DNA of 64,000 nt. Source: the human T2T-CHM13v2.0 reference genome, Homo sapiens. Positions 16,781-31,113 of the stretch are shown here, in pieces. A program made the translations under genes and the position numbers. Location of the stretch: assembly GCF_009914755.1 (NCBI RefSeq), contig NC_060927.1; one strand, 5' to 3'. Each line of letters starts with the position of its first letter. Position 1 is the stretch's first letter. The notes beneath the pieces were generated by a model that saw nothing but the letters and a program-made list of their open reading frames with translations, ran no database searches and was not told the DNA's origin.

Positions 16781-17779
16781 TTTCTGGAAACTTAAAGTTT
16801 GTTTCTCTTGGGAGTAGACAATGCTTTTGGGGCTTGTCTTTGTGTTTCTTCACTTTCCCAGTCTCCTCTTATCCTTCATCCTGTGCTTTCTCTTGATAAT
16901 TAGAAAGGAGCAAAGATACCACCTTTTTATTTAGGTCTGCATGAGATTCTAAAACTTAGAAGTATAGGCTATAGATGAAAGTTTCTTTTTTCAGTAAGCC
17001 ACCTCAGTAACAAATCATGTTTTAAATGAAAACTTTGTTCTTCATAATATCATTTAGTGAGAGAAAACAAATGCATGAGTGCATTTTTGAAATTATGGTA
17101 CTAAAAGGGAGCAGCAGCAAGGTGACCTAATACTGCCATTTTAAAAGCTAGGATTAGAAATGTATCATAACTGCTTAAATCTAAAAAGATTCTTTCACTG
17201 AATCCAAAATATAGTTCTAATTTATAGGATAGTTATAAGAAATCTCTATGCCATGTGGAAACATGAATAAAAAGTAGTCAGAACATAGCTAAATAGAACC
17301 CTGAGGTAGGCAGAATGATTTTATTCTTCACATTTAGAAAAGAAAACATCAAGGTACCCTGGAACTTAATTTCTACAGTGACTTCACATTCCGACACTTC
17401 TCCCATACCTGCCATACCCTTGAGTGTTGTTACGGATGAGAATATCGTCTGTGAAGTAGTATGAGATGGAAATTTTCCTAGAAAGATTATTGTACTCGGA
17501 ATTTGGAACTGAAAAGTGTAGAAAGGGGAAGTGATGTGTTTAAAACTGTTTGCGGAGGTGGGGCTCTGCCATGTGTATTTTGACAAAGCTACACAGGTGA
17601 TTCTTGCCATCCCCGATTACCGTGTACCCGCCTGCCCCTGAGCTGGCACTCCAAAGAGTTCTTTCAGTGCATAGCAAGACAATTTTTCATGCTATTAATT
17701 GGGATAAAATTGACATACATTCATTTGTAGAGTCTGAGACACAACGTCACTTTGGAAAATTTGGTGAGCAATTTGAACT

Positions 17780-17917
17780 GCATCTGCACTGGTGTGTTCT
17801 TTTTGTTTCTGTAGACTTAACCAAAGAAAATGAACTTTAAAGGGACTTTAAAGGCATCTGCACTGGTGTGTTCTTTTTGTTTCTGTAGACTTAACCAAAG
17901 AAAATGAATTTTAAAGG
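17780..17917 (+). repeat. 64-bp direct tandem duplication (17780-17843 / 17854-17917), 1 mismatch, 10-bp spacer
   Basis: gcatctgcactggtgtgttctttttgtttctgtagacttaaccaaagaaaatgaa(c/t)tttaaagg occurs twice. Confidence 0.97.
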
Positions 17918-19358
17918 AAGAGAGGGTGATACCAAGTTGTAGAATTCTAGGTATGTAGGTTCAGAGGAGATTTTTTTTTTTTAAGAAAAAAAAAAACAAA
18001 AAAAAAAAACACCCAATCAAGAAGAATAGAGCAGGGTGTCCCGAAGAGAACGTGTGAGCTCGAAGCATCCCGGCAGCATCTTTCATATCTCAGTACTGTT
18101 GCTCTGTTTCTTGGGCTCACAACACCATTTCCTCTCTCCTGGCTTTTAACACATCTCGAGGCAACCTTTTCCCTTTCTTTTTATGCACTTCTCTCACTGC
18201 GTCTCTTCTATATCATCATCACTTCAACCTAACCCAGTATTTTTATCCCACCTGCTTATTTACCTTCCTTCAGTGACTAAAAACCTTACTCAGATACTGC
18301 CAGTGTTGTTTAATTGAGCAGAATAGAGGCTTCTCACTATAGGCAACTGTAAATCAATGAAAATAACCATTTAAAGAAGAAAAACATTTTCATGTCTATC
18401 ACGGTCGATCCCTTCTGCCAAAGTGATTTGGTTCATTCATAAATTCCCCATACCTCGTGTGTTACATATTGTACTGTACACGTTTACTGAATGTTCGATT
18501 GTGATCTTGTAATACAGACTGTTCATTAGCCCCCTTCTCTTGACTTAAAAAGTTGGGGGGAACTAACTCTTTTCATCCCAAGGAAACTTTCTTCTACTCT
18601 GTCTTGCCAGAAAGTTACTGCTCATTTCTCTTGTAGAGCAGCTTGCCTGTGTGGCATTCACTCCTGTTCTGCCCACTCCCTTCCTAATATCGTGCAGTCT
18701 GGCTTTCATCTATATCAAAACCACTTATTGATAGATCACCAATGATTTCCTAATGCCAGTCTACCCAGTTCACCAGGAAACTTTAATAACTTTTTATGTT
18801 TATTAGGAATTTTTAAGTTCATTGGAATACATTCAAGTACTTTTTGGAATGATTATATGATGTAGAAATGTGTATGTTTGAGAGACAGAAAAATTGATTT
18901 TTTTTTTCCTCTTCACTACAGAATAAATAATGTATTTGTTTTATGGTAGCAATACTTGAACTCTTTAAGGCATCTTTTCATGGTAAATCTGGCAATTTTA
19001 AAAATCTGGGCTTTGTAAAATAATTTTTTTTATAGTAAGGCAGTTAACACATTAAAGCAACTAGGAAAGATAGTGAAGAATTATTTTTACCTTGAGTCTG
19101 TATAGATGAAGTAGGCTCTGCTTTGTGTTGGAACAGAACAAACAAACAAAAAAACCTGAGTTGATACAAAGATAAAGTAATCCTCAAGGAAAGTCCTCTC
19201 TGTTAGAGAAGTGGTTATTTACACACAGAATTCCACATGACAACGCCTGAGTGGTGTGGTTTCCAGGTTATTGATGAGAAAATCGAGACTCAAAATGGGT
19301 CTTTTAGAATGAAGTACATTTTTCATGGCCTAAGTCTGTCTTTAAAAGTCACCGTTGT

Positions 19359-19663
<305 letters not shown>

Positions 19664-19929
19664 TCACTGTTGAAGAATATCAATAAATTAGTACAAGCGT
19701 AAAAGAACATTTTCTTTTCTATAATATTATACATGCTGCTGGTAATCAACACTTTACTAGCAAGTATATTCTTTTGCTTTAAACTCAAGTTTTAACTGAT
19801 TAAGAATAAAGACAAGAATGTTCTCTACAATAATGTATGGATTGAATTTGCCATTTATCATTTTAATGTAGGTTTTACTTATATACTATTGTGAAAATAC
19901 TCTTAATGTATTCAAAAGGCCAGTGCACA

Positions 19930-20061
19930 ATTTTTTTTTCTTTTACTTCTTTTTTTTTTTTTTTTTTTTTCTTTAGAAAGAGTGTCACTTGCTGCCCAGG
20001 CTAGAGTGCAGTGGTGTGATCATGGCTCACTGCAGCCTTGAACTCCTGGGCTCAAGTGATC
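19930..20061 (-). mobile_element. AluJ/FRAM right-arm fragment, antisense
   Basis: poly-T then gtgtcacttgctgcccaggctagagtgcagtgg...ctcaagtgatc. Confidence 0.8.
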
Positions 20062-21691
20062 TAATACCTTTAAAGTTGGGAATAAACTTTATCTTAAGCG
20101 TTTTTATTTTTAAATTATGTTTTTGCATATTTGATAGAAAAAGTAGAATGTAGTAATTGAAAACCTAATCACAAAACAATTCATTGGACTCTGCAACAGT
20201 ATATAAAAAATAAAATTAAACGAGATAGGAAATCTTAAGGGATTGGTGGATTGATGCACATGAAACTGGTAACCTCTGTTAAGTACAGTTCTCCAGGTAG
20301 TTGGAGAAATTAGTTAAATGTGAAGAGAATTTTAATTTTGCACTATTTTGTACATTTCTAAACTGTGTCTCCCACAGCCCTTCTCCCCCAGTGAGCACGA
20401 TTCAGAATTACTTTGAAATGTTGTAGTCTTAATTATCCTATTCATGGAAATGACGAAGCTAATACACGATGTGCTCTATCTTAAAAGTAACAGATATTTT
20501 CCCAAGTAACCTACTGCTGGTTGTGATGCTGAGGGACATTTCATGGGACTGCATGGTCGTTGCTCATCGTGATACCATCCTCAGTGGTTGGGGGATTCAC
20601 AGTGAATTCTCATATCCTGTAACTATGCATCATGGATCTATCATCTGAAAATAAATCAAAATCTTTGTTGAACTCACAGTTTCCACACTTGTATCACCCA
20701 TTTAAGATTGTTTCATTGTTACCTCCTGTGTACAGAATATTTCATTTCAATTTCTCTTAGAACAGCTCATTCATCTATTCTCTAGTTTCAATATTCTGAG
20801 CAGTAGAAGTTTGCTGTTTTGATTAACTTCAGTTAGATCTCTTTTCTGGGCCAAGAATTAAAGCCATTTTATCTTTAGTCTCTCCTTTTGTTGGCACTGC
20901 TTCATAGACTGTGTCATATATACAGATCTGTCTTTAGACTGATCTTTACCAAAGTACACTACTGGAATTTGAGGGTTTTTTTTTTTAACATCCTTTTCAT
21001 TATGAGAGAGCTAGTGTATATGCATTGTGGGAAATTAGAAACTATAGATGGCAAAATTTTAAAAAATAATTGCCACCACCCAGAGATTGCACTGTAGTTT
21101 AAGACACTTTTGAATGTGGTCCTAGGGACATAATTTCTGGAACACATTTTTCGTGAAGAGGTCTCAGGTTGGCTTCTTATACCCACAGCTCGTTGTCATT
21201 GCCCCTAGTTTTAATTTCCCATCGCTCAGTGGGCTAGATTTTTTTTCATTTTCTTCATATAAACTTATTTCAGAAATGTTCATTAAGAGGAATAAGCAGC
21301 ATTAGTAAAAATGAAACCTATGGTACCCATTACTTTATATAGTTCAAGTATTCTGGAAGCCATATTGTAGCATAGCATGTACTGAAAATCACTCTCCTTT
21401 GAACAGTAATCCCATACCTGTATTTGGGACCTGGCCTTCCTTTGTGTGCTTGTGTATTCATTATATCCCCTTTCTCTCTTCAAAGATGCTCAAGTCATTC
21501 TCATCTTAAAACTAATGGGTTGAACCTTCCATGCAGTCTAGTAGCTACTGTGAACTCTAATCTCTATTACAAAGGTTAGCTCTTTGAGTCTCACTTCTAC
21601 TGAAGTTGTTTTTTTTTCCCAAGATTACTGAAAATTTAAGAGAAAATAATGGCCCAGGCATGCATTCAGGACTAGAAAATACTTCCATGTA

Positions 21692-21989
21692 CAGAAAACC
21701 AAACACCACATGTTCTCACTCATAAGTGGGAATTGAACATTGAGAACACATGGACACAGGGAGGGGAACAGCATACGCCAGGGCCTGTTGGGGCGTGGGG
21801 GGCGAGGGGAGGGAACTTAGAGGACTTAAGTGCAGCAGACCACCATGGCACACGTATACCTGTGTAGCCTGCACATTCTGCACATAGAGCCCGCTTTTGT
21901 TTTTGTTTTTGTTTTTAAGAAGAAATAACGGGGAAAAAAAAGGTTTCAAAACTCATAAAGAAAGAGAAAGAGAGGGAGGGAGGGAGGGA
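21692..21989 (+). mobile_element. 5'-truncated L1PA (older primate) 3' end with 18-bp TSD
   Basis: cagaaaaccaaacaccacatgttctcactcataagtggga; G-rich tract; TSD agaaaat(a/g)cttccatgta at 21674-21691 and 21990-22007. Confidence 0.88.
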
Positions 21990-24203
21990 AGAAAATGCTT
22001 CCATGTAACTGCATCATTTGGTACTTTGGAGTCCATATCCTACTTGAAACTCTAGGATCTGGCCCTCACATTTATGTAGTGCTTTATTTTACAGTTTACA
22101 AAACTTCTGCTTGTCCATGTGTGTCTGTAAAGTCATATGAGGCATTATGCCCATTGTTCAGATAGAGAAATTAACGTTCATTGACATAAATGGTTAAGCC
22201 CATTATGTAAATATTTATGGCAAAGCTGGGGCTAATCATATGTGTTACAGATAGGACTTTTTTTAAAGAATTGTTTAGGTATTCTGTTCATCATTAGTCT
22301 CTGGGTTTGTGTTTGTGGTAACCATAGACAACCAAGTTCATATAATTTGGCTTCTTTTTTATGTGATTTTTGATACGTGTTAAGGATCTATAACAATGAA
22401 TTTGCCTCCTAAAGAGGTACATAATGTTTTCATTCCTCCAAAAAGATAATTCTAGGTTTATAAATCTATGTATGCTCAGTGCCAGTTGAATTTTGTGATT
22501 GTTCAATAGAAAAGAAATTGTGACTTAAAGGTGATTTTCCAGTTTAATGGAATAAATGAAATTAGTTTAGAAGTTATTTTTATTTTTCTGAGCCTGATTC
22601 TCACTCAGTTGTGATAAACAGCACCTCTGTAAGATAAACTCGGTGATAAACCGAGAACTTCTGAAATCAGCCTAACATGAATACCTGTTCTTCTTGTGCT
22701 AAGTTTCATAATGCTTTATCCTAATACACCATTTTTTTAAGAAATGGAACTTGTATTTCATTTTTGCTTTCATCTCACCTAATTCATAATTTTATTAAAA
22801 CCTACGATTTTTAATTTCTTTTTTTATGAATTTTTAGTTTGGTGTATAAATCAGAATTACATTCTCTGATCTTATACTTTTACTTTTAAAATTACAGTGA
22901 TGAACTGACTGTTTAAGAATCATTCTCATGATTCATTCGTCTGTTATGCCTCCTTTTTAAAGCTTCAGCACTGAAGGTCTTTTGACAAACCAATATTTAT
23001 AACAGTTTGACAGCAGGATGAGGAACAGCGTTTGTCTTTGTAACAGCTTGAAGAAAGACCCTTTCCAGGACCCAGTCATGCAGTTACAATCTTGACCTCT
23101 TTCTTATGCTGGGAACATGCATACAGCAGCACCTCCCATGTGTTTTCTTGTCCCATTGACTGTCCATTCACTTCCCATCTGTTTTGCAGTCTTAAAGGAA
23201 CAGAAGGGGCCTTCTTATAAATCTGTCTTTGCAGGTGATAAATGATGCCTACCTCTTTAAGAGCTGCCTGGGTGGTTTTCCTTTTCTTAGAACATTTCTG
23301 CTTTCCTCCTAACTAAATCAGGGAAAAATACAATTTTAGGAATAAGAGAAAAAGAAGAAAAGATGAATTTTTAAAGCATTTAATTGACTAAGAATATTTT
23401 ACTGATCTTTTTTAATCTTCCCAATTAATTGCCTAAATCATATTTTTTAAAATGTATTATCGATATTTAGATTTTTGTCAGGGAGTAAAATGAATGTATT
23501 CATTTTGAAATAATGTAACTCTTTTTTGAGAAAACAAAGCCATGTATCATTAATGAGTTAACATATAAAATAACTTTTTAAGTTTTTTGTGATAATTTAA
23601 GTGTGGAGCATCTTATGTATTGGATACAAAAGTAAAATATTTCAGAGTAAATCATTGTAATCTTATGGTAAAATCTATTCATTTTTTACATTTAAAAAGA
23701 TGATCATAAATCCCATAAACATTTATGCTTTTACTTCTGTTGCTGAAAATAAGTATTGTAGGAATAGATATTGATATCATTGGGTTTTCTAAGAATTCAG
23801 CAGAAATAAAAATAATTTACTTTTTCTCCCATGCAGAAATTATTTATGCAAGGTTTTATGTAACAAATATTGTCCCTCTATGGCCCTGCAGAATATTCTT
23901 AAATTACTGATTTAAAAACTATTACCAGTATAAAATGACCACTTTTAGAATATTGTGGTGTATTATGTGAATCAGCTGGCTAATAATATATCTTCTGTGG
24001 ACTAGCTTGTTAGTTTGTTTATTAATTCCCTGGCATATTCCAAAAGGAATTTGAGGCAGCTTACATATATCCTACGCAAAAGATAAAACTACTTAAGTGA
24101 AAAATTTGGGTTGAAAGAAAAGGAAAATCCAGGCAAGTGAAATAAAGTAAACTTTCAGATAAAATAGGTGCCCCTCAAAGTGCATGCTCAAGGGTTCTAC
24201 GTA

Positions 24204-26605
24204 CAGGCAGACCTCATTGTATTGCATGTCACTTTATTGCACTTCACAGTTATTGCATTTTTAACAATAGAAGTTTTGTGGCAACCCTGCATTGAACAAG
24301 CCTGTTGGCACTATTTTCCCAACAGCCATGTGCTCACCTCATGTCACTGTCACATTTTGGTAATTCTTGCAATATTTCAAATTTTTCCATTATTATTCTG
24401 TCTGTCATGGTGATCTTTGATGTTTGTATTGTAGCTATTTTGGGTACCACTAACTGTGCCCATATTAGTCAGTGACCTTAATCAGTAAACGTGTGTATTC
24501 TGGCTGTTCCACCAACTAGACATTCCCTGTCTCTCTCCTCCTCTTCAGGGCCTCCCTATTCCATAGGACACAACAATATTGAAATTTGGCCAGCTAATAA
24601 CCCTACAATGGCCTCTACATGTTCAAGTGAAAGAAAGAGTGCCATATTTCACTTTAAATCAACAACTAGAAATGATTAAGCTTAGTAAAGGAGGTTTGTT
24701 GAAAGCCAAAATGGGCTATTAGCCAAATTGTGAATGCAAAAGAAAAGTTCTTGAAGGAAATTAAAAGTGTTATTCCAGTGAACACACGAATGATAAAGCA
24801 GAACAGCCTTATTGCCTGAGACGCAGGAAGTTTCACTGGTCTGGATAGAAGATCAAACCAGCCATAACATTCCCTTAAGCTAAAACCTAATCCAGAGCAA
24901 GTTCCTAACTCTATTCAATTCTCCGAAAGCTGAGAGGTGAGGAAGCTGCAGAATAAAATTTGAAGCTAGCAAAGTTTGGTTCATAAGGTTTAAGAGGAAA
25001 AAAGCCATTCTGCAACATGAAAGTGCAAGGTGCTGATGTAGCAGCTGCAGCAAGTTATCAAGAATATCTAACTAAGATAATTGATGAAGGTGATTATACT
25101 AAACAACAGATTCTTGATGCAGATGAAGTAGCTGTCTATTGGAAGACGATGCCATCTAGTAATTTAATAGCTAGAGAGAAGTCAATGCCCAGCTTCGAGG
25201 CTTCGAAAGAGAGGCTATCCCCTCATTTTGGGTGCCAATGCAGCAGGTGCCTTTAAGTTGAAGCCAACCTAAAGAATTTACCATTCTGAAAATCCTAGGG
25301 CCCTTAAGGATTATGCTAAGTCTATCCTGCTTGTTTTCTAAAAGTGGAACAAAAAGCCTGGATGACAGCACATCTGTTTACAGCATGGTTTACTGAATAT
25401 TATAACTCTCGAGACCTGCTCAGAAAAGTTTTCTTTCAAAATATTACTGCTCATTGACAATGCATCTGGTCAAGCAAGAGTTCTGAGGGAGATGTACAAG
25501 GAGATTTATGTTGTTTTTGTGCCTGCTAGCACAACATCCATTCTGCAGCCCATGGATCAAGGAATACTTTCAACCTTGAAGTCTTATTATTTTAAAAATA
25601 CGTGTCTTAAGGCCCTAGCTGCCATAGATAGTGATTCCTCTGATGGATTTAGGAAAAAAAAAAAAGGAAAAGCTTCTGGAAAGGACTCACCATTTTAGAT
25701 GCTGTTAAGACCATTCAGGATTCATGGGAGGAGGTCAGAATGTCACCATTAACAGTTTGGAAGAAGTTGATTCCAACCCTCATGGATGACTTTGAAGAGT
25801 TTGGGACTTAAGAGGAGGAAGTAACTGCAGATATGGTAGAGACAGCAATAGAACTAGAATTAGTTCTGTTGTAATATGATAAAACTTGAACAGATGAAAC
25901 GTTGCTTTTTATGGACAAGCAAAGAAAGTGGTTTCTTTTTTCTTTTTTTTTTTTTGGCAGTCTCAGTTTGAAGAAAGTGGTTTCTTGAGATGGAATCTGT
26001 TCCTGGTGAAGATGCTGTGAACATTGTTGAAATGGCAGTAAAGGATTTAGAATATTACATAAACTTAGTAGATAAAGCAGCTGCAGGGTTTGAGAAGATA
26101 GTGTCCCAATTTTTAAAGAAGAAAAATTTGAGTAAATTTGGGTAAAATTTACCCAAAATTACCTATTGTGGGTAAAATGCTATCAGACAGCATCACATCC
26201 TACTGTGAAATCTTTCATGAAAGGAAGAATCAATCAGTGCAGCAAACTACAATTGTTGTCTTATTTTAAGAAATTGCCATAGCCACCGTAACCTGCAACA
26301 GCCACCACCCTGATCAGTCAGCAGCCATCAACGTCAGGGCCAGACCCTCCACCAGCAAAAAGATTATGACTTGCTGAAGGCTCAGGTGATCCTTAGCATT
26401 TGTTAGCAATAAAGTACTTTTAAATAAGTTATGTACATTGTCTTTTTAGACATAATGCTATTACACACTTAATATATTACAGTATACTGTAAACGTAACT
26501 TAAACGCACCGGAAAACCAAAAAACCTTATGTGACTCACTTTATTGTGATATACGCTTTATTGTGGCAGTCTAGAACCAAACTTGCATATCTCCCAAGTA
26601 TGCTG
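24204..26605 (+). mobile_element. Tigger1 (TcMar/pogo DNA transposon), near full length (~2.4 kb), disrupted transposase
   Basis: Termini ta|caggcagacctc and atatctcccaagtatgctg. Transposase remnants in ORFs 25017..25256 ([22 protein letters not shown]) and 25492..25698 ([11 protein letters not shown]), plus ILLLIDNA at 25441; many stops/frameshifts. Confidence 0.93.
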
Positions 26606-27045
26606 GGACTTTGCTAGAGGTAAGCTGCAAATTTAGCCCTCAGTTTCCTGGTGGCTGGCAGTTACAAAATGGAAAGCAGAGGTCATTCCATCATTCATGG
26701 TGGCCATCAGACAACAACACAGCAGTTGCTTAGGAGAAGCATGGGTCTTCTTTGTACGCACAACTGAGAGAAATTTCCCTTAAAGTGGACACTGAGTTAG
26801 ATGATACAATGAATCTAATGGCTACACATAATCATGAAAATCATGGGGCCCTTTATTGTAATGTTTCTCATGCGGGCTAACGTGCGCAGTTCTAGGGAAA
26901 ATATGATGCTGTCCAAACATACAGCTATTTGGTTTGGCTTATCTAAAGATAAAATACATAGTATCCAGAGAAATAGATGAACTGTATGTCCTCCATACAG
27001 TCTCCCATAAATATTATTTCTTTTTGCAGCTGATCCTTTTAGTAA

Positions 27046-27435
<390 letters not shown>

Positions 27436-27685
27436 TAAGTCAGAGCCATAATCATTATAACTGAGCTGAAATTAGAATTGCCATCCACTTAAGAAAGTTG
27501 AGTGGTCTAACAAGTATAAAAGCCTAAATATAAGGCTAATTCATGTTCATACTGAAGCCTTTTGGGCAATAGGCCTTAAAATATGTAGAAAGTATTTGAA
27601 GCGGTTTTAATTGTACTAGCCAAAAGGAGCCTAGTAGAAATGCTTGTGTTATAAGAGTTTATTTTTTAAAAAGCTGAATTTATCT

Positions 27686-27987
<302 letters not shown>

Positions 27988-30900
27988 TTATCAACAAATT
28001 GCTGTGGAGTTTTTTATATATTCAGCAGGCATCAGTTGTAATTTACCTCACAGACTTTCTTAAGGTTGCTTTCTTTCTAAATTATACTTTATGGGGGTCA
28101 CAAAATAGCAATTTTTAAATAATCACCTTTAATGATTAAGTATTGTTTAAGTCAGATCACTCAACTATGAATGCATGAATATTCATGGACATCTATTACA
28201 TAGCAAGCAGTGCTATGCTGGGCCGAGTGATTTTAAATGACAGACTTTTTGGTAAGTAGAGAATTTACCCAAGCAGTCCTTGCTGTTCTCCACATTAATG
28301 CTCAGAAAAAATACATTATAAAAATGATCTTTCCAAAATGAATTATGAAGCCCCATGAGAATGATATGGCAATTTGTGGTTACATATTTTACTAGAGGAT
28401 TAATATCCAATAAATAAAAAGATACTAAGGAATAAACAAAAAAAATTTAAAAGATGAAGTATATAATGAATTAGAACAATACATTTTAATCATAAGTTTT
28501 AAATTAGTGTGGACTTTGAATTCTCCTGGACAGATTCCTTCATTTTATAGATAAAGCTAGGACTGTGACTTATCCAGTTATGAGGTTAACGGCGAATACA
28601 ACATTGTCATATATTTTAAATGACACACATTACAACATGTTCTCTGCTTTATAAAAATCATATCAAATAATTGCCCCATAGATTATTAAAGGTGTTAGAC
28701 TAGGGATTCTTAAAAAAAATTTTCATCAAATGTTTCTTTCATTATTAATCCCATGAAGTCCATGTTACAGAAGATTTTGTCTACAACAGTGCAGTTACAT
28801 TCTTCTCGTTAGAAATACAACCACCAGTTAGAGTTCCTAATCAGTATAAGGAAGTAGTTGTTAGGAGAGGGGATGGGTTTCTTGTCCAAATGAAGATTTC
28901 CATTTGAGTTTTTGAAGTAGTGAAACTAACCCAGCGTTTACAGGCCCCAGAAATCTGGGAACCTCAGCTTTCAAAGTACTGTACCAGTCTTTAACAGTTT
29001 TCCTGGACGTGTGAATTGATGCCTCCTTCTTCTGTAACATGCAGGAGTGTTCTGTCTGTCTTCATTGAGTGTTAAAAAATAATCATGCCTATTTCAAGGA
29101 AAAAATCTACAGAACTAAGATGCAGAAGATAAGTGCTAGATTTAATCATATTCCTTCATCTATCTGTTTGGTTCAACCTTTCATCAACTAAAAGATGCAC
29201 CTTTTTTCTTGTGCTAACTCTAAGATTTTAGCTACAGTTTTGAGAATCTTGAGTGTAGTCTCTTGTTTACCTTTTTTCCTTTTTTTGTTTCCCCCACACC
29301 CTAGATTCATTTAAATACTGAACTTCTAAAGGGCAAGTATATAGTGTAGTTTAATAAAAAGCAAACCTTTTCATGAACAATATATATTACATAATAAGAA
29401 GCGTTCCTTTACTTTTCAGTACTCTAGTGAATAGCTTTCTACAGTAGAATCTCACTTAGAGGGTGTCTTAAAGCTTAACACCAAGTGCTCAGGCAGCATG
29501 TTATACAACAGTTCCATTAAGGTACATTTGGATCTTTGGATGTGTGGTTTGCTTAAAGTACACTGCATTAGTAAGTTGGCAGCTTGCTTTCTTTAAAAAC
29601 ATCAAAAGTTTTAAAAGGTTTATTTCAGGGCATGTGTTAGTGTTTTGTGTGTGGTTCTTTGTTCCTGTTCTAAACTGTTATTAACCACTGAAGTGAACCT
29701 TCTCCCGGGTTTGGCCTTTTGGTATTCACAGTGTATTCAAAACCTAATTACAGATTAGTCTATATTTGAGACTTTTAGAGCAAGTATCAGAAGACCCAAA
29801 AAGAAAATGAGAGTAGCAGTATCATTTCATGTAGAGATAAAGAGACCCAAAACATGAATGGGTGTCAAGTCAGCTGAAGAAAAGAAAAAAGAGAAGGAAC
29901 TTCATTCACTGAGACGGTTTATGAGTTGGGGATTATGGGAATATTCATGACTCAATCAAGAAGCACAGTGAATTGATGTTTGAAATAGCTCATCTTTTAA
30001 GTAAACATTGGATAAATGGAAAGTAGACTCAGTATTCACTACACGTAGAAATAGCTATTTCTGTATAGCAGAAATAGCAGTTTGTTAATCCCTTCCTGAG
30101 TTGGTTTAATTTACCAAGTAAATCACAAATTTTATTCTTTATTTGTGAATATTTAATTCAAATATTTAATGGAAATATGAGTTTGCTTTATAATTAGTCA
30201 TGCTGATCCATACACGTATTTCTGAGAGAAAGCAATTTCTAATGGTGAAATAGTTACAATAATATTTTTGAAATTTGAAAGCACCGTGATACTGAAGCAT
30301 TAATCTGAAGGATCGGAAAGTAGGGAGTTTTTGTTGCCAACATTTAACTTCATTGTTTATGGATAACTTGGTTTTCTGGGCAGCCAGATGGCACAGTTAG
30401 TATACAGACATTCTTGGAAACTTGTATCAAAATTTAAAATGAATGAATTTATGAGAAATAATTCTGCTTATTATTTGTAATGTAGCTTTCTTGAAAAGCA
30501 AGAAATCGGAATGTAGTTTCTAAAGCTGCAAGTGAATATGTATACATAGCCAGCTCTTTCAGCCTTGATAATAAGGTGCAACCATTAAGATGAAGGGATT
30601 TTTTTTTCCCACTTGTGTTTTTGGGCCCGAGTATCCTGATCTGTGTTGCTTGTCTGGTTCAGGTGTGAGCCACCAGCTTTCTTTGACTTTCATTATCTAT
30701 GTGTATCTTGCCTCCTGTTCCCAGGCTTGCTCTAGCTCTTCTGATCCTGTCTTCCTCCCTCTTGATCACTAGTGTAGTATTCATGAAGCCAGCTAAGTTA
30801 GTTTTTCCCTTTGAAAACCACAGCCCTTATCTTCTGTGCCATATTTTGGGCAACTTCGTTTATCATTGATTGACCGTACGCAGTGATCAGGCCTTGTTCT

Positions 30901-31113
30901 AGACACTGAAGACTCTGAGCATTTTTGGGCCCATTTTGTACTCCTGTATTGTTCTCCAGGGGCTTCTCCAAGTGTGCGTCAATTTAGTCTTCTCAAGAGG
31001 GCATCATTTTCATCAGAATATGATAGCATATTATGGAGTGTCCGGTCATCCTTAGGCATAGACTACTTAGGAGGTGTAACTGTTTTGTTCCCTGATTTTT
31101 ACTGAAATGGGTC

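Noticed and set aside
17971-18009. T12/A-run fold-back as an RNA gene or terminator
   Set aside because: Low-complexity homopolymers only; more relevant as an oligo-dT mispriming hazard near the candidate poison exon.
21781-21813. G-quadruplex-forming tract
   Set aside because: Standard G-rich tract of the L1 3'UTR; not locus-specific.
25017-25698. Domesticated TIGD-like gene
   Set aside because: Transposase homology is broken by multiple stops and frameshifts; it is a fossil Tigger1.
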